Shown one piece after another: positions 21,401 through 34,010 of a stretch of DNA of 64,000 nucleotides (position 1 is the first letter of the stretch; each line of letters opens with the position of its first letter). This stretch comes from an uncultured Planctomycetaceae bacterium. GTDB lineage: Bacteria > Planctomycetota > Planctomycetia > Planctomycetales > Planctomycetaceae. The notes under the pieces were generated by a model. That model saw only the letters and a program-made list of their open reading frames with translations, was not told the origin of the DNA and did not search any database. Both the position numbers and the translations under genes were made by a program. The DNA lies in the NCBI GenBank assembly GCA_963815195.1, contig CAWFGE010000023.1, positions 512,001-576,000 on the forward strand. Reading direction: 5' to 3'.

Positions 21401-23358
21401 TGTCGTCAACCAACGTGACTTACAACGCCAACATCGCGGCTCAAGGCGCGGGAACCATTGTGACCCAGGCGAGCTTTAACATCACATACACCGAATTCAG
21501 CTCGACCACGACGGTGAGCGGCAAGGTGGACTCCAAGGCGGGTCATGATATTGTCATGGGCGAAGTGCTCACCCCGGCAATGACGACGTTCGTCGCTACG
21601 ATCGATGCGAACGGCAATGACGTGCTACTGCTCGCTGGCAACGATCTCACCGTCAGTCAAATTCGCACCGCCCTAGGATATGTTGACCTGACTGCGAACG
21701 GAGCCGTGATCGACGGTGGCGATCTCTCCGGTCTGGCCTCCGTCGGGACAATTGACATTCAGGCGGCCCAATTGCAGATCACGGCAAACACCGGCATCGC
21801 GGCGACCGGCAACATGTTTCTGGAAACAATGGTTTCCGACCTGGAAGCCGTCAACGGCACGAACGGCATCTTCATCGCCAACACCGGTTCATTGGTGATC
21901 GGGGACATCTCCCCAACGACCGACGGCGTTAGCACGTTTAGTGGAAATATCATGATTGGCGCGACCGGCAACATCACGTTGGCCGAGGACATCGTGATCA
22001 CTAGCACGGGACAGATCGTCGTCAGCGCCGGAGGCAATGTCGAATTCGACAATCAGGCCAAGGCCATGAGTTCCACAGGATTGGTGCTTCAGCCTTCGCC
22101 GCTGGTTCCCGTCCAACTGATCGGCACTCCGCAGGTGGATGTGACCGGACTGGCCTCGCTCACCTTCACCGTCGGATTGCCAGGCGAAACGAACTTCGTC
22201 GCCGTGGTGGACTGGGGCGACGGCACCGCGACGGTGATGCATGTCGATGCCGGGCAACACACGATCACGCACCCGTATCAAAAGCCGCCTGATGCGGCGA
22301 ATCCGGGGGCCGACATCCGCGTGCTGCTTGTGGTCACGACGGACCCGAACATTCATTTCTTTGGGGCCAACGTGCCCAGCCTGGTCACTCCAAACCCGCC
22401 GCTTCCCACGCCCTCCGGCCCGATTGGCGTTGGCAATCTCTTGTTCCCGAATCCGGGAGACATTTCTCCGAATGATTTGGTCAACAGGGCCATCGGTCAG
22501 CAGGATTTGGGCTTTTTCTCGGTGGTGGTGGCGTTTCAGGTGTCGCGGATCCAATTTGGCGGCGTGTCCGTGATTCCAACGCCCGCTCGGCCGCCGTTCT
22601 TCATTCCCGGTGCGGCCACGTTTCCTTTACTTGTCACCTCCACGCGTCCTCCAGAAAACGCGAACGATCTGGAATCGGGCGGCACGAATGCCGAGGAAAA
22701 CGCGGAAGGCGAGGTGCAGGTCATCCTCCGCGTTTTCGGTCCCACCGGCGAAAAGCTGTCGGATCAGCCCATCGATTCCAAGTATCTGGCGGATCCCACG
22801 GAACTCTGGAACAGGCTGCCCGACGGCCGGTATCAGATCATCGTGATCGAACCGGGGCAGACGGTGGGGATTGTCGTCCGCGATGTCGAGCTCAAACAGC
22901 ACAAGGTGATCCGCCGCTTCGACAAGTTCCGTCCCAATCCCAACGCCGAAGCAAACCCCAACCAGGAATCCAGCCAAGCGGAAACCCCGGCCGCGAACCG
23001 CCCCATCTCGAAGAACTCTTCCGGCGTGAACGACAACCCCGATGCGGAACCGCGGCCGGCGGAAGCGGGCGAACCCGTCGGAGAGGCAGCGGAAACCCCG
23101 GCGGGCGAAGCGGTCTCCGACCGCGCGTGGGAAAACTGGCGGCCTTCCCCGGCCGACCGGTTTTCGCATCGCGTTGCCGATCCCGCAGAAGACTCGGCTC
23201 GCGGGAACGTGGTCCTTCCCGCCGCTGCGGTCGCGGGCGGATTGGCCTTGGGGACTCTGCTGCCTCGTACCTCCCGCGATGCGGATTCCCGGATGATGCA
23301 GTTCTCCAAATCCGCAATTTCCCCCGCCGCGCGGTTGCGCCGCCGGCTGCGGAAATAG
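15488..23358 (+). CDS. Giant secreted filamentous-haemagglutinin-like beta-helical protein with planctomycete LExRxLL motif (frameshift in first ~30 codons)
   Basis: TRLEDRRVLN motif just upstream of the 15610 ORF; ~2,200 aa of G/T/N/A-rich repeats; VDWGDG PKD-like segment; C-terminal hydrophobic stretch and basic tail. Confidence 0.8.
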
Positions 23359-23574
23359 GATGGAACCCGAAGAGGTGGCAAAAAATCTCCCCAAACTCTG
23401 GCGGTTTGTGGGGTGATTCACAGATTTTTGCCGGCGGCTTTCTCGATACTTGGTATCTTAGAGTGAAGGGAAGCACTTTTAGGAAATTCTTCGCCATTTC
23501 TCGTTCGCCTCCCCTCGTCATTTGATTGTCGCGTTTCCCGCCTTGTCCCTTCGTCCGCAAATTGAGTCGGTGCT

Positions 23575-24126
23575 ATGACGGCTGCCCCGAATTCTCCCAA
23601 TGATTGGAACGATTGCCCGCCCGGTGAAATCGGCGGGCTGGTCAATGATCTCAAAAGCTGCCGCCGGCGGAAGACGTTGGGGCAAGCCGCCGGTGTGAGC
23701 GCGGCGATCGTGGGGATTGCCTTGCTGCTGACGGGCTGGTTTTCGGGGTGGTATTTGGGAGCGGAGCCCCTGCACGCGATCAGTTGCCAAAAGGTGCACC
23801 GCCTGGCCCCGGAATATGTGGCGGGTCGGTTGAACGCGGATTGGAGCGAGAAAATCCGGGAGCATCTGCAAGAGTGCAAGTCCTGCCGGGACGATATTCA
23901 CGCCGAGTTCCCGAAGTTTCCGCTCCCGGAACAATCCGCCGCCATCCCGCACGCGGTTCCGAACGGTGTATCTTTCTGTGTTAGTGCACCTCTTTTTTTG
24001 GGCGAAGTTATACCATGCCCGATACTCGCAAACATCGTGGCCCGCATCCGCAGGACGGGGACCTGTTTGCGCGGCCGGCGTGGCCGGTGCTTGCGGAAGC
24101 GGTGGGGCATTTATCCTGGCTGTTGA
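23575..24126 (+). CDS. Membrane protein with zf-HC2-like (HxxxCxxC) motif; anti-sigma-like
   Basis: TM segment, ISCQKV..EHLQECKSC; 3' end uncertain (overlaps next gene). Confidence 0.55.
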   Translation: MTAAPNSPNDWNDCPPGEIGGLVNDLKSCRRRKTLGQAAGVSAAIVGIALLLTGWFSGWYLGAEPLHAISCQKVHRLAPEYVAGRLNADWSEKIREHLQECKSCRDDIHAEFPKFPLPEQSAAIPHAVPNGVSFCVSAPLFLGEVIPCPILANIVARIRRTGTCLRGRRGRCLRKRWGIYPGC

Positions 24127-24764
24127 CGCGAGGTTACGCTCCCGCGTCGTCTTTGAAACTCGTCGGCGACCGGTTCGAACTCACGGAACGCCAACGCATC
24201 GCTGTGCTGAGATCCAGTTGTTCCGATCAAGCCTTGGCCCGCCGATTGTCCACCCGTGTAGAACCGGTAAACGCTGCCAGCCGGGTGCTGTGTTTGGATG
24301 GCTTCAATGTGCTGACGACAATTGAAGCGGCGATCGCGGGAGGTGTGTTGATTTTGGGCCGGGACGGTTGCCTGCGGGACATGGCCAGCATGCACGGCAA
24401 CTACCGCAAAGTCGCAGAAACCCGCCCCGCACTCGAATTGATCGGTTTGAGCCTAAACACTTGCCAAATCAAGGATTGCGTGTGGTATCTGGACCGGCCC
24501 GTGTCCAACAGCAGCCGGCTGAGCCAGATCATTGCCGAAGTCGCCGGCGAGCACGGCTGGAACTGGCGAACGGAACTGGTGGCCGATCCCGATCCCGTTC
24601 TGCAATCCTCGGCGGAACTGGTGGCGTCGGCGGATTGCGCGGTGATCGACCAGTCCGCCGCGTGGTTCAACCTGGCCCGACTGGTCGTCGAAACGCAACT
24701 TCCGAACGCCGAAATCATTCCCCTGGATGACGTGACAGAACCAGAGAAACCACGTTTCCGCTAA
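24015..24764 (+). CDS. DUF434 family protein
   Basis: MPDTRKHRGPHP, LLTRGY, LDGFNVLTTIE, DGCLRDMAS, LDRPVSNS. Confidence 0.75.
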   Translation: MPDTRKHRGPHPQDGDLFARPAWPVLAEAVGHLSWLLTRGYAPASSLKLVGDRFELTERQRIAVLRSSCSDQALARRLSTRVEPVNAASRVLCLDGFNVLTTIEAAIAGGVLILGRDGCLRDMASMHGNYRKVAETRPALELIGLSLNTCQIKDCVWYLDRPVSNSSRLSQIIAEVAGEHGWNWRTELVADPDPVLQSSAELVASADCAVIDQSAAWFNLARLVVETQLPNAEIIPLDDVTEPEKPRFR

Positions 24765-25022
24765 AACTTCAAATCGAGCGGGGTTTCCGAGGAAATCCAA
24801 CTGTCACGAATCCCGCGAACATTTTTCCGGGGAACTTGTCTTTCGCTTGGGAATGGCTCGGCTCGCGTGTGAAAAATCCTTCGCCGGGAAGCCTAACCTT
24901 TTCCTTCCGCAGCGAACCGCATAAGATGTGGCAGTCGTGGCCGACCATTGATGCCCTCCAATGCAGCCCGCCCCCTTGTTCCCGCCTGATTGTTGTGTGA
25001 CCTCCAAGGACCTCTGATTCGC

Positions 25023-26415
25023 ATGAATCCGTCTGCGACATCCGTAAGCACGGACTCGGAACCCGCCGCCGGGGAACCGGCGGAGCCGGACAGACGAACT
25101 CCGGCTTTAACCCCTTCCGAAAAAAGCATTTACGGCCGCGTGTTTTGGCTGGCTTATGCGGCGAACGTGTCGCTCGTGATGGCGAACTCGCTCACGTTTC
25201 GCTTTGCGGAATTCGTTCTCCTGGCTCGGCGGCAGCGAAAAAACCGCCGGGACGATCGTCAGCGTGGGAATTTTCGCGGCCCTGTTTCTCCGCTTGATCT
25301 TAGGGCAGGCGATCGACAACTACGGCACCCGCCGATTGTGGGTGGTCGGTTGTTTTTCGTACATCGCGGGCAGCAGCTTGTTCCTGTTTCTGTCGGATTT
25401 GTCCTGGCCGATTTATCTGGCCCGCCTGGGATTCGCGGCGGGGATCGCTACGATGTTCACCTGTTCGATGGTACATATCCAAAACCTCGTGCCGGCGAAT
25501 CGGCGGACCGAAGTCATCGGCAACCTGGGCAGCAGCGGTTTCGTGGGGATGATCCTCGGCTCGCAGTTGGGCGATTGGATTTTCCGCGGCACCGCGGAAG
25601 GGCATGGGCGGTTTCTCGTGCTGTTCGGTGGAACCGTGGTTTTGGGCCTGGTCTACTTGGCCCTCGTGTGGACGCTCACGCGGGGCGACGTGCACAAGCC
25701 CGTGATGCGGACCCCGGCGGTGCATCGGTTGTTGTTCCGCTATTGGCCCGGCAACGTGGTCCTGGTGGCGATGATGATGGGCATCAGCATCACCGTGACC
25801 ACCGTGTTTCTCACGCGGTTTGCCACGAAGTTGGAACTCATCAACGGCGTGGGGACGTTTTTTACCGGCTACGCCGTCACCGCGTTTTTGTTCCGCGTGC
25901 AAACCGCCACCTGGAGCCGAACCATCGGCCGGCACCGCATGATCTGGCTGGGCCTCGCCGGGCACTGCCTGGGGCATGGCGTGCTGCCTTTCGTGACGCA
26001 GGAATGGCATTTCTTGATCCCGGCCGTGGCCTGCGGGTTTGGACACGCCCTGCTGTTCCCCGCGGTGGTTTCGCTGGGGGCCGGGGCGTTTCCCAGGGAA
26101 TTTCGCGGATCGGGAACCGCGCTGACGTTGGGCTTTATCGAGTTGGGAACGGCATTGTCCGCGCCTATGTTAGGTTGGATCATCGATCGCGGCGGAGAGG
26201 CGGGGTTCACCCACATGTTTTGGTCCTCGAGCGCGACGGCTCTGGCCGTTGGAGCGATGTACGCCTTCACGAATCCGCGAACCGACGTCGAAAGCGAAGT
26301 GCCCGGGCCCGTCTCGGAATCCCGGCCGGTCGATGCCTCTCCCGCGGTCGCCTGCCGCTGGGAGCCGTGCCTGCAAACGCCCCGCTGCGATTCGGCGGAC
26401 TCCGGCCAAGGTTGA
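25023..26415 (+). CDS. MFS transporter (frameshift near 25210)
   Basis: About 12 TM segments, GQAIDNYGTR motif A, PREFRGSG. Confidence 0.85.
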
Positions 26416-26517
26416 AATCTCGGCCCGGACTCTCTTTAATAGGAAAAGCGGCGGGAAAAACCGCAGGGGTTTTTCACTCTCCTTCAAATCCGGAACAACT
26501 CCACTACGAGGACACCG

Positions 26518-26829
26518 ATGAAAACTTTCTCCAAACTCTTCACGGCGGCCTGTCTGCTGACAATAGTCGCCCTGGTCGGTTGCGGCCCGCAAACGGCCAA
26601 GAAATCCGAATCCGAGAAATCAACTTCGGAAGCACCGAACGCCGGCGAACCGAATGCGGACGAAGGCACGACGCCCGAAAAGGCGACGCCGGAAGGCCAA
26701 TCGCCCGAAAAGGCGACTCCCGAACAACCGACACCCGAAACCGACAACGAAAATCCTCCCCCGCCCCCGACCAAGCAAGAAGGCGGCTCCGGCGAAAGCA
26801 AAGGCGGCGTGGAAGTTCCCAAAGAATAG
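26518..26829 (+). CDS. Low-complexity lipoprotein
   Basis: RBS GAGGA, lipobox LVGC, Pro/Glu/Thr-rich body with PEKATPE repeat. Confidence 0.7.
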   Translation: MKTFSKLFTAACLLTIVALVGCGPQTAKKSESEKSTSEAPNAGEPNADEGTTPEKATPEGQSPEKATPEQPTPETDNENPPPPPTKQEGGSGESKGGVEVPKE

Positions 26830-26924
26830 CCGGCTCACCGCGATGCCATGATTCGTCTCATCCCAAACGACGCAGCGGAACCTCCGCCGCGTCGTTTTGC
26901 ATAACCGAAATCCGTTCGAGAATA

Positions 26925-27008
26925 GGCGAGCGGGAGGCGTGAGCCTCCTGGTTTCGTGCGGTTTTGCGTTGGCCAGAGTCACCGGGAGGCTGACACCTCC
27001 CGCTCGCC
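26925..27008. repeat. REP-like inverted repeat with 28-bp arms
   Basis: GGCGAGCGGGAGGCGTGAGCCTCCTGGT / ACCGGGAGGCTGACACCTCCCGCTCGCC, 25/28 match. Confidence 0.75.
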
Positions 27009-27063
27009 CTCCCATTTCCAACACCCTCTGACTTGCAGTTTACAACCGACGGGAGCATTCATC

Positions 27064-28441
<1,378 letters not shown>

Positions 28442-28460
28442 AACGCCATCCCACATCAAC

Positions 28461-28509
28461 CCCAAGCCGACGGCTTGCGGTCGGACCGACGCCAAGGCGT
28501 CGGCTTGGG
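28461..28509. repeat. Inverted repeat between convergent genes (REP-like or bidirectional terminator)
   Basis: CCCAAGCCGACG ... CGTCGGCTTGGG. Confidence 0.6.
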
Positions 28510-28519
28510 TACGATCATG

Positions 28520-29713
28520 CTATTTCGCGGCCGGTTTGCCGAAGGTCAGGGAGAGCTTTTTGCCTGTTCCCGGGGCGAGGAGCCAATCAGACGTCAGCAC
28601 AAAGCCGGTTTCGGTTTTCCGGTAGTCGAACGGACCATCGCCGAAGGGGTCGCGGTGCTTGGGATCCTCCAGGGCTTTTGGCCCCTGCTCCAAGACGGCC
28701 AACCCCGCGTCCAATAGAGCCAGACGTGTGAGGTGCGTCACTTCCAGCATTCTGACCGAAAGCACGCTGGGCAACAGCCAACGGCTGAGAAAATCTTTCG
28801 CACCATTTTTTTTGATGTCCAAAAACAGTTGATCCCGCCGGCGCCGGACTTCTTTCGGAGACAACTTCGTCATCTCGATGATGCGGTCATAATTGTCTCC
28901 CATACGGCGAGTCGCGGGCAACAATTCGCTCTCGTCCAGATCCTTGAAGGCTTGGATGTCCGCGCCGCTCGCATCGGGAACGTCTGTGTCCTGGCCGGTG
29001 AGTTTGAGGATTCTCTGTTTGGGATTCGGCTTTTTTACCTCGGCAATCAGCCAAGGCAAAAAAACGATCTTTTCCCCTCGCATTGCATCTGTGAGACGCC
29101 TTGATTTCGGCACCGCGGCCAATCCCCGTTTGAGTTTCGCGCGGACATCGGCGTCCAGTTCTGGAAGATGCCGGGCCAAAGCGTGCATGCACACCGATTC
29201 GATCGCGTAATCCACCAATAAGGGAATCAGCGTAATCACCTCGTCCTGAGGAAGATGCCTGGCAAGCGTCATCCCCGCAAGCACGTCGTCAACGGCTTGT
29301 TCGGACTGGCCAAGCACAAACCGGTTGTGGGCGCGGAACACGGCCAGCCGGACGAGTTCGCGGGCTTTCGATATGTGCGGAAGCGCGGCGTCCGGCCCCT
29401 CCTCCCAGGCCACTCCCCAAGCGGCGCGCTCCATCTTCGCGCCACGATGCAAGCAGCGGAGCGAGGCTTCGGACTTTTGGATGATCTTCCGGGCCTCATC
29501 GTCGATGGGGCGTTTTCCCTCCAAGACGTCGCTCCGCAACTCAATTTCCTGTTGCGAGAGCTCCGGCATCAGGGCAAAGGCTTGCCAGTACGCCAGGGCG
29601 GCGTTTTGGGCCAAGGGATCGAGCTTCGGCGTCTCTGGTTTTTCCTGGGCGTAGGTTTGCGGGCTTAATAAACTCCCCGCCAACAGGATGGCGATAAAAC
29701 ATCGGTTGAGCAT
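28520..29713 (-). CDS. Exported helical hypothetical protein
   Basis: Signal peptide; NAALAYWQAF, DPFGDGPFDY; TAATG coupling with upstream gene. Confidence 0.7.
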   Translation of the reverse strand: MLNRCFIAILLAGSLLSPQTYAQEKPETPKLDPLAQNAALAYWQAFALMPELSQQEIELRSDVLEGKRPIDDEARKIIQKSEASLRCLHRGAKMERAAWGVAWEEGPDAALPHISKARELVRLAVFRAHNRFVLGQSEQAVDDVLAGMTLARHLPQDEVITLIPLLVDYAIESVCMHALARHLPELDADVRAKLKRGLAAVPKSRRLTDAMRGEKIVFLPWLIAEVKKPNPKQRILKLTGQDTDVPDASGADIQAFKDLDESELLPATRRMGDNYDRIIEMTKLSPKEVRRRRDQLFLDIKKNGAKDFLSRWLLPSVLSVRMLEVTHLTRLALLDAGLAVLEQGPKALEDPKHRDPFGDGPFDYRKTETGFVLTSDWLLAPGTGKKLSLTFGKPAAK

Positions 29714-30165
29714 TAGAGGTCTTCCTTTTGAAAAAGTCGATGAAAGGATCGGATCGAATCGTCCCCTGGCGTCGCGGGCAGCAGGACGGCGGCGTGATGA
29801 TTCAAAAGAGAGTCCAGTTCTTCCGGCGAGCGGGCCGCCTGCCGGTACGCCCAAAGCGTGGGCGGCGGGAATTCTTTTATCGGATGCTTCGGCGGCCGGG
29901 GCTGTGTTTGCTTGACGATTTGATGGGATTCCTTTTCCGGAACAGGGCGAAATACGAAAGCCGCCGCACACAGTCCCAACGCGAGGGCGGAAGCGACCAC
30001 CACCCACGCCGACCGCCGAGAATTTCCAGCCGGCGTGTTCGAGGCCATCGGAGTTTGTGCCCGTTGGACCAGTTCATTAGGAACCGAAGCGTCGGCAATC
30101 TCGGCGACGAGGCTTCGCAGCGGTTCCGCGAGTTCATCTCGGTGGGACGTTGGATGCGGGTTCAT
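29713..30165 (-). CDS. Single-TM putative anti-sigma factor
   Basis: ATGA overlap with ECF sigma, central TM helix. Confidence 0.55.
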   Translation of the reverse strand: MNPHPTSHRDELAEPLRSLVAEIADASVPNELVQRAQTPMASNTPAGNSRRSAWVVVASALALGLCAAAFVFRPVPEKESHQIVKQTQPRPPKHPIKEFPPPTLWAYRQAARSPEELDSLLNHHAAVLLPATPGDDSIRSFHRLFQKEDL

Positions 30166-30722
30166 GGAGAATCCTCCGAAAGGATATCGGCGAACTCCGC
30201 TTCCAATCGCCTGCGGGCCCGGTAAATCGCGGTGGTCACGCTGGCATAGGGCACATTCAAAGTGCGGCGGATTTCGTCGTGGGTCAGGTTTTCAAAATAT
30301 CTGAGGCAAAATACCTCGGCTTCGCGGGGCGGCAGATTCGCGATGGCGGTCCGCAGGCGGTCTTCCAACTCCCGCCGCTCGGCGGCTTCCACAGGCGAAG
30401 CATCCCGGCTCTGACAATCGGCGACATCCCCGGAACTGGGGCGGCGCTTCCGCAGCCGGGCGAGCGCACACGTCGTCGCCAACCGCCTGAGCAAACCCGG
30501 CCAGTTGCGGATCGGTTCGCGTTTCGCCAATTGCAAGGCCTGAAGAAACGTCTCCTGCACGGCATCCTCGGCATCGGCCTGATGGCCGAGAATCCGCCAA
30601 CAGATCCCGGCCACCACCCGACCGTATTGGACATAAATCGTCTCGTCGTGCATCCCCGCCGATTCCGCGAAGGCTGGTTTTCCATCGTCCTCTATCATTC
30701 TTGTTGCGCGACGGCCTTCCAT
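30162..30722 (-). CDS. ECF RNA polymerase sigma factor
   Basis: DAEDAVQETF region 2; LPPREAEVFCLRY..YRARRRL region 4. Confidence 0.9.
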   Translation of the reverse strand: MEGRRATRMIEDDGKPAFAESAGMHDETIYVQYGRVVAGICWRILGHQADAEDAVQETFLQALQLAKREPIRNWPGLLRRLATTCALARLRKRRPSSGDVADCQSRDASPVEAAERRELEDRLRTAIANLPPREAEVFCLRYFENLTHDEIRRTLNVPYASVTTAIYRARRRLEAEFADILSEDSP

Positions 30723-30870
30723 CTGACAGGAGTTTTGGTGGGAATAAAGATTTCCGCGAATCGCTGTCGTAACAGCGGCTTCCGGCCGCCGAGTTTCTCG
30801 CCGATCCGAAATCGGTTAGAATAACACGCGCCGAGATATTGATCCAAATCTTCTCTAAGGAGGTTGGGCG

Positions 30871-31335
30871 ATGCCGATGTTGATTCGATTGACTGTCAAC
30901 GGCCAGGAGAAGCGGATCGAGACGGACGCGGATCGGCCGCTGTTGGATGTGCTCCGGGAAGACCTGCAGCTGACGGGCACGAAGTACGGCTGCGGGGAAG
31001 GCGAATGCGGGGCCTGCACCGTTCTGGTCGATGGCGCGTACGCCCGGTCTTGCATCACGCCGGTCTCGGACGCAGCGGGAAAAGAGGTCCGCACGATCGA
31101 AGGCCTGGCGAGCGACGGCAAGCTGCATCGGATGCAGCAGGCCTTTCTCGACCAGAACGCCATGCAGTGCGGCTATTGTGTGCCCGGCCAGATCATGCGG
31201 GCGGCGGGACTGCTCCACGAAAAGCCCCATCCGTCCCGCGAAGAGATTCTCGAAGCGATGAGCGGCAATGTGTGCCGCTGCTGCAATTACCCGGCCATCC
31301 TCGCAGCCGTCGAATCCGCCGGCAAGATGTCCTGA
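30871..31335 (+). CDS. (2Fe-2S)-binding small subunit of a xanthine-oxidase-family molybdoenzyme (IorA/CoxS-like)
   Basis: GCGEGECGACT, QCGYC, GNVCRC. Confidence 0.92.
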   Translation: MPMLIRLTVNGQEKRIETDADRPLLDVLREDLQLTGTKYGCGEGECGACTVLVDGAYARSCITPVSDAAGKEVRTIEGLASDGKLHRMQQAFLDQNAMQCGYCVPGQIMRAAGLLHEKPHPSREEILEAMSGNVCRCCNYPAILAAVESAGKMS

Positions 31336-31356
31336 CGGCCTGTTTTCAAGTGGATT

Positions 31357-31404
31357 GGGTGGCGACGACCGACCACGCCCTTCGTTCCTCAGGGCGTGCC
31401 ACCC
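31357..31404. repeat. Intergenic palindromic element
   Basis: GGGTGGC..CACGCCCT/AGGGCGTG..GCCACCC. Confidence 0.45.
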
Positions 31405-31449
31405 AAGTTCCTGCCGAATTTTGTAAACCCACACCACAGGAGCTCGATC

Positions 31450-33615
31450 ATGTCCTCCGATCCGCGGGAAATGGAATTGGCCGAAGTCGAGCGTTACGAG
31501 ATCCAGGAACCGCCCGCGTACGAGTTCGAAACCAGCCGGCGCGAGTTCGTGGGGATTCTCGGGGCGGGGTTTGTGATCGCGGCGTCGGCTTCGACCGCGT
31601 CCGCCCAGCGCGGGCGGAGGGGGTCGCGAAGTTCCCGCAACACGCCTTTGTCCCAGCGGTTTCACTTTGGAGAAAACGGCAAGGTCACGGTCTTCACCAG
31701 CAAGGTGGAAGTCGGCCAGGGTTCGCGAACGCAAATCACCCAAGCCGCGGCCGAGGAACTCAGTCTGCCCGTCGACCGCATCGAACTCGTGATGGCGGAC
31801 ACGAAACTCTGTCCCGACGACGGCGGCACCGCGGGCAGTCGCACCACGCCGGCCACTGTTCCCACCGTGCGGGCCGCGGCGGCGGCCGCGCGGGACCTGC
31901 TCCTCCAACTCGCGGCGGAGCATTTAAAGGTCGAGGCTCGTTCGCTCTCGTTCCGCGAGGGCACTTTCCGTGTCGCCAATTCTGAGAAAACCCTCGCGCT
32001 CGCGGACTTGGCGAAATCGGACGGCCTGTCCGAGCGCTTGAAGCAAACGGCATCCACTGGGGATGTGACTGTCCGCGTGGAGAATTGGAAAGTCCTCGGC
32101 CGGCCCGTTCCCAAAACCACCGGGGACGCGGTCGTCACCGGCTCGGCGAAATATCCCTCCGATGTGATCCGGCCGGAGATGCTCTACGGCAAAGTGCTCC
32201 GGCCCAAGGCTTATGGGGCGAAGCTGGAAGCGATCGATCTTTCGGTGGTCGAGGATCAGAAAGATCTCGTCATCGTTCGCGATGGGGAATTCATCGGCAT
32301 CGCGGCTCCCACGTCCTGGCAGGCCGCGAAAGCGATCGAGGCGGTCGCGAAAACCGCGAAGTGGATCACCACGCCGCAACCGTCGTCGGCGGAGTTGTTC
32401 GAGCATCTCAAAAAGACGGCCCGCGCGGGCGGCGGGTTCGGTCGATTCGGCGGCGGCCGGGCCAACACCTGGGGCAAAGGGCCGGAGGCTCTCCAGGACG
32501 CCAAGAAGACGATCGAAAACGCCTACACCGTCGCCTACATCCAGCACGCGCCAATGGAGCCCCGGGCCGCGGTGGCGGAATGGAAGGACGGTGCGCTCAC
32601 GGTGTGGACCGGCACGCAGCAGCCGTCCCGCGTTCAAAGCGAACTCGCACAGACGTTTCGCTTGCCGGCGGACCGCGTGCGGGTCATCGTTCCCGACACC
32701 GGCGGCGGGTTCGGCGGAAAGCACACGGGCGAGGCCGCCGTCGAAGCTGCCCGGCTCGCCAAGGCCGCGAAGCGTCCCGTCTCCCTCCGCTGGACCCGCG
32801 AAGAGGAATTCACCTGGGCCTATTTTCGGCCCGCGGGGTTGATCGAAGTCCGCGGCGGCGTGGACGACGGCGGCGGTCTCGTCGCCTGGGACTTTGCGAA
32901 TTACAACTCCGGCGGCTCCGCCATCGAAACGCCCTACCGCGTCCCCCACGGGCGGACGCGGTTTCTGTCGTCCGATTCTCCGCTCAGGCAGGGCTCCTAT
33001 CGGGCCTTGGCGTCCACCGCCAATACCTTTGCGAGAGAATCGGCGATGGACGAACTCGCCGCACTCGCGGGGATCGATCCGTTGGAATTTCGGCTCCGGC
33101 ATCTCCCGGACGGCCGGCTGTTGGACGTGCTCAAAGCCGCGGCCGAGCGGTTCGGCTGGAAGGAAAAACGTTCCCAGAATCGCCCGGCCGGTCGCGGCAT
33201 CGGCTTGGCGTGCGGCACGGAGAAAGGGTCCTTCGTCGCGGCGTGTGCCGAGGTGGAAGTCTCCGGGAAGCGGATTCGCGTCAAGTCCGTTTGCCAGGCG
33301 TTCGAATGCGGCGCGATTCAGAATCCGCTCAACCTCGAGCTGCAGGTGACGGGCGCGATCATCATGGGCTTGGGCGGGGCGCTCTCTGAGGAAATCCAGT
33401 TCCAGGACGGCCGGGTGACGAACGCCGCCTTCTCTCAGTATCAGGTTCCGCGAATGAAAGACGTTCCCGAGATCGACGTGGAACTCGTCAACCGCCCGGA
33501 CTTGCCGTCCGTCGGCGCAGGCGAAACGCCGATCATCGCCATCGCCCCCGCCGTGGCCAACGCCGTCGCCGATGCCATCGGAACACGGCTGCATTCGATG
33601 CCGCTCAAGTTGTGA
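31450..33615 (+). CDS. Molybdopterin-binding large subunit, isoquinoline/aldehyde oxidoreductase (IorB-like)
   Basis: SRREFV twin-arginine-like motif, EVGQGSRT, HAPMEP, GGGFGGK, GAGETP. Confidence 0.9.
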   Translation: MSSDPREMELAEVERYEIQEPPAYEFETSRREFVGILGAGFVIAASASTASAQRGRRGSRSSRNTPLSQRFHFGENGKVTVFTSKVEVGQGSRTQITQAAAEELSLPVDRIELVMADTKLCPDDGGTAGSRTTPATVPTVRAAAAAARDLLLQLAAEHLKVEARSLSFREGTFRVANSEKTLALADLAKSDGLSERLKQTASTGDVTVRVENWKVLGRPVPKTTGDAVVTGSAKYPSDVIRPEMLYGKVLRPKAYGAKLEAIDLSVVEDQKDLVIVRDGEFIGIAAPTSWQAAKAIEAVAKTAKWITTPQPSSAELFEHLKKTARAGGGFGRFGGGRANTWGKGPEALQDAKKTIENAYTVAYIQHAPMEPRAAVAEWKDGALTVWTGTQQPSRVQSELAQTFRLPADRVRVIVPDTGGGFGGKHTGEAAVEAARLAKAAKRPVSLRWTREEEFTWAYFRPAGLIEVRGGVDDGGGLVAWDFANYNSGGSAIETPYRVPHGRTRFLSSDSPLRQGSYRALASTANTFARESAMDELAALAGIDPLEFRLRHLPDGRLLDVLKAAAERFGWKEKRSQNRPAGRGIGLACGTEKGSFVAACAEVEVSGKRIRVKSVCQAFECGAIQNPLNLELQVTGAIIMGLGGALSEEIQFQDGRVTNAAFSQYQVPRMKDVPEIDVELVNRPDLPSVGAGETPIIAIAPAVANAVADAIGTRLHSMPLKL

Positions 33616-34010
33616 GGCCCGGCCAAGTTGATTGCCTTTCGGTTTTTCCCCATATCAGCTGGAACGCGCTCGCGTCCGGTTTCTCCGCTGCAAGAAAATG
33701 AAACCGTGGGCTAGCTCGGGCTTCCTCGGCATCGAATCCATCGACGACATTTATTCGTGAAACACACTTCTCGGCATGTCGGCTGGGAGGCCCGGTTGAC
33801 GAATAGGTTGTAGAATCGGATGGGGGCGATCCGCTGGGGGATTCTCAAGTTCCCCGCGAGAAATACTCGTTTTTGCAGGGGCGTTGTGATACGCTGAGCA
33901 GAAGAAAACCTACCCTTACATCACCTTCGGACCCCCGCGATCTGCTGGGGAAAACTCATTGTGCCAGGCTGCGGAATTCCCCGATGGCCGGGCGCAAGAG
34001 GGAGAAATTC

